A stretch of DNA of 64,000 nucleotides from an uncultured Pelagibacteraceae bacterium (GTDB taxonomy: Bacteria; Pseudomonadota; Alphaproteobacteria; Pelagibacterales; Pelagibacteraceae): contig CABYPZ010000002.1 in the NCBI GenBank assembly GCA_902521005.1, positions 33,131 through 97,130 of the forward strand, read 5' to 3'. Below are positions 38,289-49,070 of this stretch, one piece after another. Each line of letters opens with the position of its first letter. Position 1 is the stretch's first letter. The translations under genes were made by a program, and so were the position numbers. The notes beneath the pieces are model-generated. The model was not told the origin of the DNA. It ran no database searches and saw only the letters and a list, made by a program, of their open reading frames with translations.

Positions 38289-39208
38289 AAACTGCAATAG
38301 TAACTTCTAAATCTTCTCTGGATCATAATACTGGATCAGGCCATCCTGAAAGCATTTCGAGAGTTACATCAATAATTGATAAATTAAGAAAAAATCAAAA
38401 ACTTATTTGGAAAAATCCAGCTGTTTTTGACAAAGAGATAATTAAAGAAGCACACTCACCTAATTATCTTAGTTCAGTTGAAAATGCTTTTCCAAAAGAA
38501 GGTCTGGTATTTTTAGATGGAGATACAGTTGTATCTCCGGGTAGTAAGGATGCAACTTTTGATGCAGTAGGATCAATAATCACAGCTATAGATGGAGTTG
38601 AAAATAAAGAGTTTAGAGCTGCTCATTGTGTTACTCGTCCTCCAGGTCACCATGCTGAAAAAAGCAAAGCAATGGGTTTTTGTGTAATAAATAATATTGG
38701 AGTTGCTGCAAATTATTTAATTTCAAAATATCAATATAAAAAAGTTGCAGTTATAGATTGGGATTGTCACTGGGGAAATGGCACATATGATATTCTTAAA
38801 TCGAATAAAAATGTTTTTTTCTCAAGTTTGCACCAATATCCATATTATCCAGGAGGTGGATCTGAAGATCAAAAAGGAGAACATAATAATGCTTTAAATA
38901 TTCCTTTGCCAGCTGGTACAAACTCTAATGAATACTTTGATGCATATGAACATATGCTAAAAAGATTAAAAAATTTTAAACCAGAATTTATATTAATGTC
39001 TGCTGGTTTTGATGCTCACAAAGATGACCCTTTATGTCAATTAAATTTAGAATCTAAGGATTATTATGAGATAACTAGAAGAGTATTAGAAACTACAAAA
39101 CAATCTTGTAATGGTAAAGTTGTTTCAATTCTAGAAGGTGGATATGATCTTAATGCCTTGGCTGAAAGCGCTAATGAACATGTTAACGCACTAGTAGAAT
39201 TTGGTTGA
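38285..39208 (+). CDS. Zn-dependent histone deacetylase family amidohydrolase
   Basis: HPE, RPPGHHA, GFC..NN, DWDCHWGNGT, SAGFDAH, LEGGY. Confidence 0.93.
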   Translation: MKTAIVTSKSSLDHNTGSGHPESISRVTSIIDKLRKNQKLIWKNPAVFDKEIIKEAHSPNYLSSVENAFPKEGLVFLDGDTVVSPGSKDATFDAVGSIITAIDGVENKEFRAAHCVTRPPGHHAEKSKAMGFCVINNIGVAANYLISKYQYKKVAVIDWDCHWGNGTYDILKSNKNVFFSSLHQYPYYPGGGSEDQKGEHNNALNIPLPAGTNSNEYFDAYEHMLKRLKNFKPEFILMSAGFDAHKDDPLCQLNLESKDYYEITRRVLETTKQSCNGKVVSILEGGYDLNALAESANEHVNALVEFG

Positions 39209-39238
39209 TTAAAAAAAAAAAATTAATAAATAATTATT

Positions 39239-39727
39239 ATGCCTTTGTATAAAATCAAAAAAACAAACATCGACAGAAAAGGGTATGGCCTTTGTGCAAC
39301 TAAAAATATTAAAAAAGGAACTAAAATTATTAATTATATTGGAAAAATTATTACAAAAAAACAAACAGAACTGTCAAAAAAATATGACAACGCCAAACCA
39401 ATATATCTTTTTAATTTAAATAACAGATATGACCTAGATGGAGATTATTCTTTCAATACAGCAAGATTAATAAATCATTCTTGCTCAAACAATTGTGAAT
39501 ATGACGGGAAGGGACTCAAACTGTGGGTGACAGCTATTAGAGATATTAAAAAAGGTGAAGAATTAACTTGTGATTATGGATTTGGATATGACGAGGACTT
39601 CAAACAATTTCCATGTAATTGTGGATCAAACAATTGTTGTGGATATATAGTTAGAGCAGAGTCAAGATGGAGAATACACAGAAAATTTAGTTTAGGTCAT
39701 CAAAAAAATTTTCGAATTAATAAATAA
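39239..39727 (+). CDS. SET-domain protein-lysine methyltransferase with post-SET Cys cluster
   Basis: GYGL, ARLINHSC, ELTCDY, CNCGSNNC. Confidence 0.93.
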   Translation: MPLYKIKKTNIDRKGYGLCATKNIKKGTKIINYIGKIITKKQTELSKKYDNAKPIYLFNLNNRYDLDGDYSFNTARLINHSCSNNCEYDGKGLKLWVTAIRDIKKGEELTCDYGFGYDEDFKQFPCNCGSNNCCGYIVRAESRWRIHRKFSLGHQKNFRINK

Positions 39728-40457
39728 CTTTTTCTAAATATAATCCATGAGGTGGTGCAGGTGGAGCACATAAAGATCTTTTTTTAGAATTCATTACTTT
39801 TATAAATTTTTTTAAATCCCATTTTTTTTCACCTAAATACTTTAAACATCCAACCATAGATCTAACTTGTTGCTTTAAAAAAGATTTGGATTTGAAATAA
39901 ATTTCAATCTTTTCTCTTTTTGTTTTTATTTTTACAGATTTTAAAGTTTTAATTGGACTTTTAGATCCACAATTAGAAGCTCTATAAGTTCCAAAATTTT
40001 TAGTTCCAGTTAGTTTTTGACCACCAATTTTCATTAAATTAATATCTAATTTTTTTTTAATATGCCAACCTCTTAAATTGTTCAAAGATAGTTTGCTTGA
40101 TCTGTTATATATAATGTATTTATAAACTCTTTCTTTCGCAGAAAATCTAGCATGAAAATTTGGGGATTTTTTATTAATTTCTAAAATTGATATATCTTTA
40201 TTATTTAAAAAAAAATTAATTGTTTCTAAAAATTTCTTTAAGTTGTGGATTTTTTTTTCAGTTTCAAAATGTGCAGATTGTTCTATTGCATGTACACCTG
40301 TATCTGTTCGTCCAGAACCATATAATTGAATTTTTTTTTTAAATATTTTTTTTAATACTGATTGAATAGTCTTTTGAATTGTTTTACCTTTTTGTTGAAT
40401 TTGCCAGCCAAAATATTTTGACCCAACATATTCTATCTTTAATTGATATCTATGCAT
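39717..40457 (-). CDS. truA: tRNA pseudouridine(38-40) synthase (start refined to MHRYQ)
   Basis: GWQ, GRTDTGVHA, FHARF, FLKQQVR, APPHGL. Confidence 0.95.
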   Translation of the reverse strand: MHRYQLKIEYVGSKYFGWQIQQKGKTIQKTIQSVLKKIFKKKIQLYGSGRTDTGVHAIEQSAHFETEKKIHNLKKFLETINFFLNNKDISILEINKKSPNFHARFSAKERVYKYIIYNRSSKLSLNNLRGWHIKKKLDINLMKIGGQKLTGTKNFGTYRASNCGSKSPIKTLKSVKIKTKREKIEIYFKSKSFLKQQVRSMVGCLKYLGEKKWDLKKFIKVMNSKKRSLCAPPAPPHGLYLEKVIY

Positions 40458-41382
40458 TATTAAGGTTGGTATCTTTTTTAATAGACGTTCCAAGCATGAA
40501 TTCTCCAATATTTTGGATATTTTTTCCCTGTCTTTGTATTTGAATTACTTTTATTGATTTATTATTTCCACAAGCAATCTCTAAATTATTATCAACAACT
40601 TTGCCAGCTTGATCAGATTTAAAACCTAATTCAGCATTTAAAATTTTATATCTTTCACCTTTATAAACAAACCACGCTCCTGGTGATGGATACAATCCGT
40701 TTATTTTACCTAAAATATTTTCTGCGTTTTCACTCCATTTAATTTCTCCCTCGGATTTGAGTATTTTTTTTGCATAAGTAGCTTTTTCGTGATTTTGCTC
40801 TTCGTATAAAACTTTTTCTTCAAAAATATCATCTATTATGTCTAGCATATTTTCTGAAGCCAATGATGACAATTTATCAGACAAAGTATCATAATTATCT
40901 TTTTCGGAGATTTTAATATTTAATTTTTTACAAACTGGACCCTCATCTAATTTTTTCACTATTTTCATAAAACTAATTCCAGTTTCTTTATCTAAATTCA
41001 TTATAGATCTTTGAATTGGTGCGGCACCCCTCCATTTTGGAAGTAATGATGCATGAATATTTATAAATCCATACTTAGTAAGATTTAAAAATTTTTCAGG
41101 AATTATTTGACCATAAGCAACTACTATTGCTAAATCAGCATTTAAATTTTTTAAATAGTTATATTCATTCTCATTATTTTTTAAATTTAACGGAGACCTA
41201 ACTTCTAAATTTAAAATCTCTGAAATATTGTGAATTGGAGAATTTTTTAATTTTTGTCCTCTTTGAGACTTATTTGGAGGTTGGGTATAAACAACTGAAA
41301 CAGGATATCCATTTTGATACAATGATTTTAATATAGGCACTGAAAATATTGGAGTACCCATAAAAACAATTTTATTTTTCAT
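40450..41382 (-). CDS. fmt: Methionyl-tRNA formyltransferase
   Basis: FMGTP, VVAYG, NIHASLLPKWRGAAP. Confidence 0.97.
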   Translation of the reverse strand: MKNKIVFMGTPIFSVPILKSLYQNGYPVSVVYTQPPNKSQRGQKLKNSPIHNISEILNLEVRSPLNLKNNENEYNYLKNLNADLAIVVAYGQIIPEKFLNLTKYGFINIHASLLPKWRGAAPIQRSIMNLDKETGISFMKIVKKLDEGPVCKKLNIKISEKDNYDTLSDKLSSLASENMLDIIDDIFEEKVLYEEQNHEKATYAKKILKSEGEIKWSENAENILGKINGLYPSPGAWFVYKGERYKILNAELGFKSDQAGKVVDNNLEIACGNNKSIKVIQIQRQGKNIQNIGEFMLGTSIKKDTNLNNA

Positions 41383-41385
41383 TAT

Positions 41386-41910
41386 TTAAAAAGTGATTCT
41401 ATCAAATTTATTTTTACCTTTAGAAAGCTTTTTTATAATCATTGATTTTTTTAATTTTGAAAGATAATCAATAAATAAAATTCCTTGTAAATGATCCATT
41501 TCATGTTGTATGCAAGTAGCAACTAAACCTTCTGCTTTTAAAATTTTTTTTTCTCCATTGTAGTCTAAATATTCTACCTCACATGTGCTGGGTCTATTAA
41601 CTTCAGCAAATTGATCTGGAACAGAAAGGCATCCCTCTTCATAAGTTGATAAATTTTGATTTTTATTTTTTATAACTGGATTTACAAAATACATAGGATT
41701 TTTTTTTTCTTCTCCTTTTGCCAAATCTATCACTATAATTCTTTTTGGAATTCCTATTTGAATTGCGGCTAAACCAATTCCATTTGCTTGGTACATTGTT
41801 TCGAGCATATCATCCATAATTTTTTTTTCTTCTTCACCAACCTTTTCTACTTGTTTTGAAACTTGTCTTAAAATTTTATTTGGTTCAGTTAATATAGTTT
41901 TAATAGCCAT
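41386..41910 (-). CDS. def: Peptide deformylase
   Basis: GIGLAAIQ, EGCLS, QHEMDHL. Confidence 0.97.
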   Translation of the reverse strand: MAIKTILTEPNKILRQVSKQVEKVGEEEKKIMDDMLETMYQANGIGLAAIQIGIPKRIIVIDLAKGEEKKNPMYFVNPVIKNKNQNLSTYEEGCLSVPDQFAEVNRPSTCEVEYLDYNGEKKILKAEGLVATCIQHEMDHLQGILFIDYLSKLKKSMIIKKLSKGKNKFDRITF

Positions 41911-41931
41911 TTCTTAATTTTAATATAATTT

Positions 41932-43683
41932 TTAAACTTTTAAAGGAAGAACTTGTAATAATATATAATTTCTTATTTGATCAATATCTAAGGCATTTAA
42001 TGTAGATGTCATAAAATATAACGTATCAGGGTCAAGAAAATCTATATTATCTTGACCTATTATTTCAACCAATCTTAACAAAACTAGCCCAATTTCATCA
42101 TTACTAATTAGCAATTGCATGTCAGTTGGTATGTTTGATTTGCCAAATTCAAATAAACTTTGATATTTTTTTGGTATTTCTGCCCCATCTGAAATTAAAG
42201 ACTCCATTAAAACTAGATCCTTAGTTGTAACAATATATTTTTTATTTTTTTTTATGTTTTTAAGTAAACTAATTAAATCTTTATCAATATCTTCAATAGA
42301 TTTTTTTCCATTTATATAATTTAATAATTTTGATTGATGAATAATTTTGTTGTTAATTTTAATTTTTTTTTCAATTACCTCCTCTTTCTGAATATTATTT
42401 GAGTAAAAAGTTGAGTAATCAGACGGAACCTCAGTTATATTAATTTTATCTAAAAATTTTCTTAATTCCAAATTAAATGCATTTTCTATATTATCCTTTT
42501 TAAATGAATTTTTTAGTATTTGTGATAAATCTAAAATATTTTCAATGTCATTTGATAATAATAATTTCTGATATATTAAAGCCCTACCTTCATGTATAGG
42601 TAACTGTTTATAAATATCTTTTGCATTCAAAAGTTGATTAATATTAAATTGAAATCTTTTATATAGATTAAATAACTCCGTTTCATTGTAATTACCGTCA
42701 TGAGTTGCCTCTTCAATTAGAGAAATATTCTCATAATCATCTAAATTTATTAATTCTGTATTCTGTAACAAATCTGCATTAGATAAATATCTCCAAATAA
42801 ATTTTGGGGTTTCTTTTCTTGGTTGAAAAGAAAAATTATTGGTAACTTTGTGAGAAAGGTGAAAGTCTAATATAGAATTTTCTGAAATTTCATTTTTTAC
42901 ATCAGATTTATAATCCATGAGAAAAAAAAATTTATCTTCAAAAAAATTATCACTAAAACCTGTTTCAATTAATAGATCGTATATTAACTGTGCCTGATCT
43001 CTTTTATTTTCAATTAGAAGACAATAAATTTTAAACTTACCTAAATACTGATCATTAAAAATATCTACTTTATTAATTAATTCACAAGATCTTTTTATTT
43101 CATTTTCAATTAAATATTCATTAACATAATGCTTGATTAATTTAATATTGTAAATGTTACTTTTATTTTTCTCCAAGTAATCAACTATTAATTTTTTATT
43201 ATTTTTTTTAATTAGATAATCAATTTTAAAATTTATAAATTCATCCTCGTTAATATTTTTATTTGGTATTTCAGAATTTGTTAAAAGTGCAATCTCTAAA
43301 ATTTGATTTGCATCATTAGACAAATCTAAACTATTAATTTTGTTAATAAGATTTTTAATCTCATTTCCATCAGATTGCATCCACATATCTAATTTAAGTC
43401 CATTATCAGATGGATCATATAAACCTACTATCAAATCCTTATCTTCAAGTGATGTATTGCTTATGATTTGATTATACTGATCTGAAGTATTTATAATTTT
43501 TAAATTAGAATCTGTATCACTAATATCTTCAATTTCTTTATTGTTATCATTAATTTTTTCTTGTTTTTCTATTTTCCAGATATCGATTGCTTCATCTTCA
43601 GCAATTACACTTGAAAAAAATATGAAAAAAATAGTTAAAGATTTTAATAAAGTATACTTACTTAACTGTCTTAAAGTTTTCAT
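41932..43683 (-). CDS. Hypothetical exported protein
   Basis: 583-aa ORF with a signal-like N-terminus; no recognised motif. Confidence 0.7.
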   Translation of the reverse strand: MKTLRQLSKYTLLKSLTIFFIFFSSVIAEDEAIDIWKIEKQEKINDNNKEIEDISDTDSNLKIINTSDQYNQIISNTSLEDKDLIVGLYDPSDNGLKLDMWMQSDGNEIKNLINKINSLDLSNDANQILEIALLTNSEIPNKNINEDEFINFKIDYLIKKNNKKLIVDYLEKNKSNIYNIKLIKHYVNEYLIENEIKRSCELINKVDIFNDQYLGKFKIYCLLIENKRDQAQLIYDLLIETGFSDNFFEDKFFFLMDYKSDVKNEISENSILDFHLSHKVTNNFSFQPRKETPKFIWRYLSNADLLQNTELINLDDYENISLIEEATHDGNYNETELFNLYKRFQFNINQLLNAKDIYKQLPIHEGRALIYQKLLLSNDIENILDLSQILKNSFKKDNIENAFNLELRKFLDKINITEVPSDYSTFYSNNIQKEEVIEKKIKINNKIIHQSKLLNYINGKKSIEDIDKDLISLLKNIKKNKKYIVTTKDLVLMESLISDGAEIPKKYQSLFEFGKSNIPTDMQLLISNDEIGLVLLRLVEIIGQDNIDFLDPDTLYFMTSTLNALDIDQIRNYILLQVLPLKV

Positions 43684-43843
43684 TAGAAATTATTTTTTCT
43701 ATTTTTTTTATTGGTGAAGGAAAATCAATTCTATCTAATAGGATAACCCCAACAAATAATACTACTATTATTAAACATACTTTAATTAACAATTTAATAA
43801 TTCCACCAAAATTTCCAAATCTTGTTTTTTTTTGAAATTGCAT
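43658..43843 (-). CDS. Small single-TM hypothetical protein
   Basis: 61 aa with one hydrophobic helix; divergent from aroK as in other alphaproteobacteria. Confidence 0.65.
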   Translation of the reverse strand: MQFQKKTRFGNFGGIIKLLIKVCLIIVVLFVGVILLDRIDFPSPIKKIEKIISNENFKTVK

Positions 43844-43898
43844 ATACTGTTGAATATTTTCAAATTAAGACATATTTATGTTTTTTCAATAAAGAATT

Positions 43899-44411
43899 AT
43901 GCAATTAAATAAAAAAATTGTTTTAGTAGGTATGATGGGATCTGGAAAATCCACTATAGGTTATCTTTTGTCAAAAAAATTAGGATTAAAATTTATTGAT
44001 ACTGATCATGCTATAGAAAATGAAACAGGGGAAAGAATAGCAAATATTTTTAAATTTAAGGGAGAGGACTACTTTAGAAAGATTGAAGAAAAAATTACTC
44101 TTAAAATTTTAAAATCAGAAAATTACATAATTGCTTTAGGGGGTGGTTCATTTTTAAACGCAAATATTAGAAGAGAAGCTTTGTCAAAATGTATCACAAT
44201 TTGGTTAAATTGGAACAATGCAACAATTTTAAAGAGAATTTCTAAAAGCAAAAAAAGACCTATGGCCTTTGGAGTAAGTAATTTCGAGATGAGTCAAACG
44301 ATATCCAGTAGATCAAAAATATATTCACTATCAAAATTTAAAATAAACTGTGAAAAAATATCTAAAAATATGATAGTAAAAAAAATAGTTACAATATATG
44401 AAAGATTATAA
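43899..44411 (+). CDS. aroK: Shikimate kinase
   Basis: GMMGSGKST, DTD, GEDYFR, LGGG, RP. Confidence 0.95.
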   Translation: MQLNKKIVLVGMMGSGKSTIGYLLSKKLGLKFIDTDHAIENETGERIANIFKFKGEDYFRKIEEKITLKILKSENYIIALGGGSFLNANIRREALSKCITIWLNWNNATILKRISKSKKRPMAFGVSNFEMSQTISSRSKIYSLSKFKINCEKISKNMIVKKIVTIYERL

Positions 44412-45504
44412 ATTAATTATTAATACAAATTCAAAAAAATATCCGATTTATATTGGATATAACATATTAAAAAGTTCAAAAAGAATATTTAAAAAAAATA
44501 ACATTCGAATAAAAAAATGTTTGATTGTAGTAGATAAAAATGTCCCAAAAAAAAATTTATCAGTATTAAAAAAAAATATTGTTTCATCAAAAATTCTTTT
44601 TCATTCTTTTAATGCTAATGAAAAAAATAAAAGTTTAGAATATGTTAATTCTATTTTAAAAATTTTATTTATGAATAATTTTAATAGAGACGATTACATA
44701 ATTGCCTTGGGCGGAGGAATAACTGGAGATGTCGTAGGCTTTGCTGCAAGTATTTTTAAGCGAGGAATGAAATTTATTAATATACCAACAACTTTATTAT
44801 CACAAGTTGACTCCTCAATAGGTGGAAAAACTGGTGTTAATAATATTTATGGAAAAAATTTAGTTGGTTCTTTTTATCAACCAGAAATAGTAATTTCAGA
44901 TGTTAAAATTTTAAACTCCCTAAATAAAAGAGAAATTGTATGTGGATATGGAGAAATATTAAAACACTCAATCATATCAAAAGAGAAAAATTTTAATTAC
45001 TTAAATAAAAATAAATTTAAGATTTTAAATTTAAAATCACCTTTTTTAGAAAAGGCTATCTATGATAGTTGTAAAATTAAAAAAAATATTGTTGAAAGGG
45101 ATGAAAAAGAAAAAAACCTAAGAAAAATTTTAAACCTAGGTCACACATTTGGACATGCATACGAAGCATCAAATGGTTATAGTAAAAATTTGAACCATGG
45201 AGAGGCAGTTATTTTAGGAATTATATCTTCAGCTAAATTTAGTTTAATAAATCAAGTTTTGCCTCAAAAAATATACAAAAAAATAGTTAGTCACGTTAAA
45301 GAACTAAATTTATCAATTAATTTAAAAAGATATTTTAAAAAAAAAAATATAAATTTGATCTTAAAATATATGAAGTCGGATAAAAAAAATAATAACAATA
45401 ATATAAATATAATTTTAATAAACAACTTTGGAAAGATCGATTTAAATAAAAGATTTAATGATTCTAAGATAAAAAGTTTTTTAAGGATGGAGTTAAATAA
45501 TTAA
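44398..45504 (+). CDS. aroB: 3-dehydroquinate synthase
   Basis: GGGITGD, PTTLLSQVDSSIGGKT, LNLGHTFGHA, HGEAV. Confidence 0.96.
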   Translation: MKDYKLIINTNSKKYPIYIGYNILKSSKRIFKKNNIRIKKCLIVVDKNVPKKNLSVLKKNIVSSKILFHSFNANEKNKSLEYVNSILKILFMNNFNRDDYIIALGGGITGDVVGFAASIFKRGMKFINIPTTLLSQVDSSIGGKTGVNNIYGKNLVGSFYQPEIVISDVKILNSLNKREIVCGYGEILKHSIISKEKNFNYLNKNKFKILNLKSPFLEKAIYDSCKIKKNIVERDEKEKNLRKILNLGHTFGHAYEASNGYSKNLNHGEAVILGIISSAKFSLINQVLPQKIYKKIVSHVKELNLSINLKRYFKKKNINLILKYMKSDKKNNNNNINIILINNFGKIDLNKRFNDSKIKSFLRMELNN

Positions 45505-45753
45505 AATCTGTATTGAGTGAATGTAATTTTTTAATTCATAATCTAAAGTTTTATAAATTAATTGTGTAGATTTAATTTTATTTAATTCCTTGAGTTCATC
45601 AGATTCGATAATTAACTTAATATGAAATTTACCCTTTTCAGATTGAGAATGAGATTTGTGTAAAAATGTTTTATCTTGTATAATAATTTCCTTACAATTT
45701 ATTTTCTCATCAATTTTTTTTTTTACAATTTCTATAAGTTGATTTATATCCAT
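45493..45753 (-). CDS. bolA: BolA family protein (start refined to MDINQ)
   Basis: HKSH, HIKLIIES, IY, IHSI; divergent from the J-domain gene as in other alphaproteobacteria. Confidence 0.8.
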   Translation of the reverse strand: MDINQLIEIVKKKIDEKINCKEIIIQDKTFLHKSHSQSEKGKFHIKLIIESDELKELNKIKSTQLIYKTLDYELKNYIHSIQILII

Positions 45754-45775
45754 AATATAAATATTATTATATATC

Positions 45776-46303
45776 ATGAAAAATATATGTGACTGGAATA
45801 ATTGTTCTAACGAGGCAGAATATAAAGCTCCTATAGAAAAAGATAATAGCAGGAAATATAGGATGTTATGCTTAAAACATGTGAAGGAGTTTAACAAAAA
45901 CTGGAACTATTTTGAGGGTATGAATGATATGCAAATTTATGAATTTATTAAAGCAGATATGACATGGCATAAACAAACTCAGAGTTTTAGTTCCTCTGAT
46001 AACTTTTTTAAGATTTTATGGAATAATGCTTTAAATGATGAAGCTAACAAAAATAAGTTTAAAGACCAAAATTTCAATATGCGTCAATTTAAATTTGATC
46101 ATAATGATATAAAAGCATTTAGTATTCTTGGTTTATCTATTGGAATTGGGTGGGAAAAAGTTCAAGTAAAGTTTAAAAAACTTGTTAAAAAATTTCACCC
46201 TGATATGAATTTGGGAAATAAAAAATTTGAAGATAAACTTAAAGTTATTACATTGGCTTATACTCAATTAAAAAATACATATAAGGTAAAAATTGACAAC
46301 TAA
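45776..46303 (+). CDS. J-domain protein with N-terminal Cys/His motif
   Basis: CDWNNC...YKAP...CLKHVKEFNKNWNYF; C-terminal HPD. Confidence 0.9.
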   Translation: MKNICDWNNCSNEAEYKAPIEKDNSRKYRMLCLKHVKEFNKNWNYFEGMNDMQIYEFIKADMTWHKQTQSFSSSDNFFKILWNNALNDEANKNKFKDQNFNMRQFKFDHNDIKAFSILGLSIGIGWEKVQVKFKKLVKKFHPDMNLGNKKFEDKLKVITLAYTQLKNTYKVKIDN

Positions 46304-47267
46304 TTTAGAAATAAAACCAGATATAAAACTATCGGTGAAACAAACCTTTGGTATAGAAAGTGAAATGGAAGTAGAAGCTTTTTCTAAAAAAAATGAATTT
46401 GTCCCAGAAATAGATAAAGATTATAAATTTGATAGGGACACAACGCTCGCAATTCTAAGCGGCTTTTTATATAATAAAAAAGTAATAGTTCATGGATATC
46501 ACGGTACAGGTAAAAGTACCCATATAACACAAGTTGCAGCTAGATTAAACTGGCCTTGTGTAAGAATAAATCTGGACTCTCATGTTAGTAGAATCGATTT
46601 AATCGGAAAAGATGCAATAGTGATTAAAGACGGTAAACAGATCACAGAGTTTAAAGAAGGGATATTGCCATGGTCATTTCAAAACCCTATAGCTCTTGTT
46701 TTTGACGAATATGATGCAGGTAGAAGTGATGTTATGTTTGTTTTGCAAAGAATTCTAGAAAGTGATGGTTTTTTTACGTTACTAGACAAGAACAAGGTTG
46801 TTAAACAAAATAAATACTTTAGGCTTTTTGCTACTGCAAATACAATTGGACTAGGTGATACAACAGGATTGTATTCTGGCACAAATCAAATTAACCAAGC
46901 ACAAATGGATAGATGGGAAATAGTCACATCTTTAAATTATTTAAGTTTAGAAAAAGAAATGGAAATAATTTTAGCGAAAAATAAAAATTTAAATAATGCA
47001 AAAGGTAAAGAAAAAATAGCAAATATGATTAAAGTTGCAGCATTAACCAGAAAAGGGTTTATTGGAGGTGATATCTCAACTGTAATGAGTCCTAGAACTG
47101 TTTTAAATTGGGCATCTAATAGTGAAATTTTTTTAGATACAGGATATGCTTTCAGAGTAACTTTTTTAAATAAGTGCGACGAAGCAGAAAAAAGTATTAT
47201 ATCTGAATATTATCAAAGATGTTTTGGTGAGGACTTGCCAGAGTCAATGGTTAATATTCAGATTTAA
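46293..47267 (+). CDS. cobS: CobS-family AAA+ ATPase
   Basis: GYHGTGKSTH, RINLD, FDEYD, ATANT, QMDRW, SPR. Confidence 0.92.
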   Translation: MTTNLEIKPDIKLSVKQTFGIESEMEVEAFSKKNEFVPEIDKDYKFDRDTTLAILSGFLYNKKVIVHGYHGTGKSTHITQVAARLNWPCVRINLDSHVSRIDLIGKDAIVIKDGKQITEFKEGILPWSFQNPIALVFDEYDAGRSDVMFVLQRILESDGFFTLLDKNKVVKQNKYFRLFATANTIGLGDTTGLYSGTNQINQAQMDRWEIVTSLNYLSLEKEMEIILAKNKNLNNAKGKEKIANMIKVAALTRKGFIGGDISTVMSPRTVLNWASNSEIFLDTGYAFRVTFLNKCDEAEKSIISEYYQRCFGEDLPESMVNIQI

Positions 47268-49070
47268 ATGAAAAAAGATCAAAATATCAAAGAAAAATTT
47301 AAACAGGCTTTAATATCAACAATTAAAGTAATTTCTGACGATTTCAAAATAGATCCTAAAATTAAAAAAGGTTCAAATTCTAATAATTTTGATTTTATTG
47401 AGGTCGAAAATTTAGAGAATAAACAAAACTATATTAAATTAAGGGCAGAAGCAGACTCGGAAGCTTTAAAAATTAAATTTTCAGACAAAGAAACATATAA
47501 TGAAAATATTCCAAGAAATACGGCAAGTAAAAAACTCTATGATATTTCTGAAAAAATGAGATATGAAATTCTTGGTTCAAATATGTTGAAAGGAATCTCA
47601 AAAAATTTAAAAAATAATTATAATTATTCTCTATCTATTAAAAGAAAAGATCAACTCAAAACAAAAGAGGATGTTACAATCTCAGAAGCATTTGAACTTT
47701 ATATGTTAAAAAATTTTTTCGATATTAGATTGAATTCTTTATCAGAAAATATTTTAAAATTTTGGGAAAAAGACTTTGACTCATCATTCAGTAAACATAT
47801 TAATTATTTAAAAAAAAATATTGAAAATCAAAAAAATTATAATTCAAAGTTTTCAGAAATACTTGAAAGTATGGATATTTTAACTTCAGAAAAAAATGAA
47901 GATGATAAGCAAAATGAAGAAAATAATAATCAACAAGAGGATAACCCTAATAAAGACGCTAGTGACAATTCTGAAGGAGATCAAGAAAACAATGATGCTA
48001 CAGAAGATCAAAATGGTATTGATATGGATTATGATATAAGCCAGCACGAAATTAATGAACAATTAGTAGATACCGACTCTGAAAAGGAAAGTTCAGAAAG
48101 TGTGATTCAAAAAGTAAATGGTGAAGTTGGGGATAAAGATTATAAAATATTTACCAATAAGTTTGATGAAATTGCCAAAGCTGAAAATTTAGAAACAAAA
48201 GAAGAAGTAACAAAACTTAGAAAAAGCTTAGATCAGCAATTAATTAATTTTCAGGATCTGATTACTAAATTAGCTAATAAGTTGCAAAGGCAATTATTAG
48301 CTAAGCAAAACAGAGCATGGGACTTCGACCTAGAGGAAGGATTGCTTGATAGTTCCAAATTACCAAGAATAATTTTAGATCCATTTAATTCTTTGTCATT
48401 TAAAAAGGAAAAGGATTTAGACTTTAAAGATACAGTAGTCACACTTCTAATAGATAATTCTGGTAGTATGAGAGGTAGACCAATAACTATTGCTGCAATA
48501 TGTGCAGATATATTATCAAGAACATTGGAAAGATGCTCTGTAAAAGTGGAAATACTTGGTTTTACAACTAAAAATTGGAAAGGCGGAAAGAGCAGAGAAG
48601 AATGGAATAAAAATAATAAACCTAAAAATCCAGGTAGACTAAATGATTTGCGCCACATTATTTATAAGTCAGCTGACTCACAATGGAGACAGTCTAAGAA
48701 AAATCTTGGACTAATGTTAAAAGAAGGACTTTTAAAAGAAAATATCGATGGTGAGGCAATTTCTTGGGCTTTTAGTAGATTAAAAAAAAGAAAAGAAGAA
48801 AGAAAAATTTTAATGGTGATATCAGATGGTGCTCCTGTTGATGATTCAACTCTTTCAGTAAATTCAGGTGACTTTTTAGAAAAGAATCTAAAAAAAATAG
48901 TTCAATTCATAGAAAATAAAAGTGATATTGAAATATTAGCAATTGGAATTGGTCATGATGTTTCAAGGTATTATAAGAAAGCAATTAAAATTACAGATGT
49001 CCAAGAATTAGGAGATGTAATGATCGAAGAACTTAGTGGTCTTTTCGAAAATAAAAAAAAACTTAATTAA
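47268..49070 (+). CDS. cobT: CobT-family protein (acidic linker + VWA/MIDAS)
   Basis: [33 protein letters not shown]. Confidence 0.92.
   Translation: MKKDQNIKEKFKQALISTIKVISDDFKIDPKIKKGSNSNNFDFIEVENLENKQNYIKLRAEADSEALKIKFSDKETYNENIPRNTASKKLYDISEKMRYEILGSNMLKGISKNLKNNYNYSLSIKRKDQLKTKEDVTISEAFELYMLKNFFDIRLNSLSENILKFWEKDFDSSFSKHINYLKKNIENQKNYNSKFSEILESMDILTSEKNEDDKQNEENNNQQEDNPNKDASDNSEGDQENNDATEDQNGIDMDYDISQHEINEQLVDTDSEKESSESVIQKVNGEVGDKDYKIFTNKFDEIAKAENLETKEEVTKLRKSLDQQLINFQDLITKLANKLQRQLLAKQNRAWDFDLEEGLLDSSKLPRIILDPFNSLSFKKEKDLDFKDTVVTLLIDNSGSMRGRPITIAAICADILSRTLERCSVKVEILGFTTKNWKGGKSREEWNKNNKPKNPGRLNDLRHIIYKSADSQWRQSKKNLGLMLKEGLLKENIDGEAISWAFSRLKKRKEERKILMVISDGAPVDDSTLSVNSGDFLEKNLKKIVQFIENKSDIEILAIGIGHDVSRYYKKAIKITDVQELGDVMIEELSGLFENKKKLN

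Noticed and set aside
46293-49070. Cobalamin biosynthesis capability
   Set aside because: cobST alone, without cobN or other cob genes in the window, does not support it.
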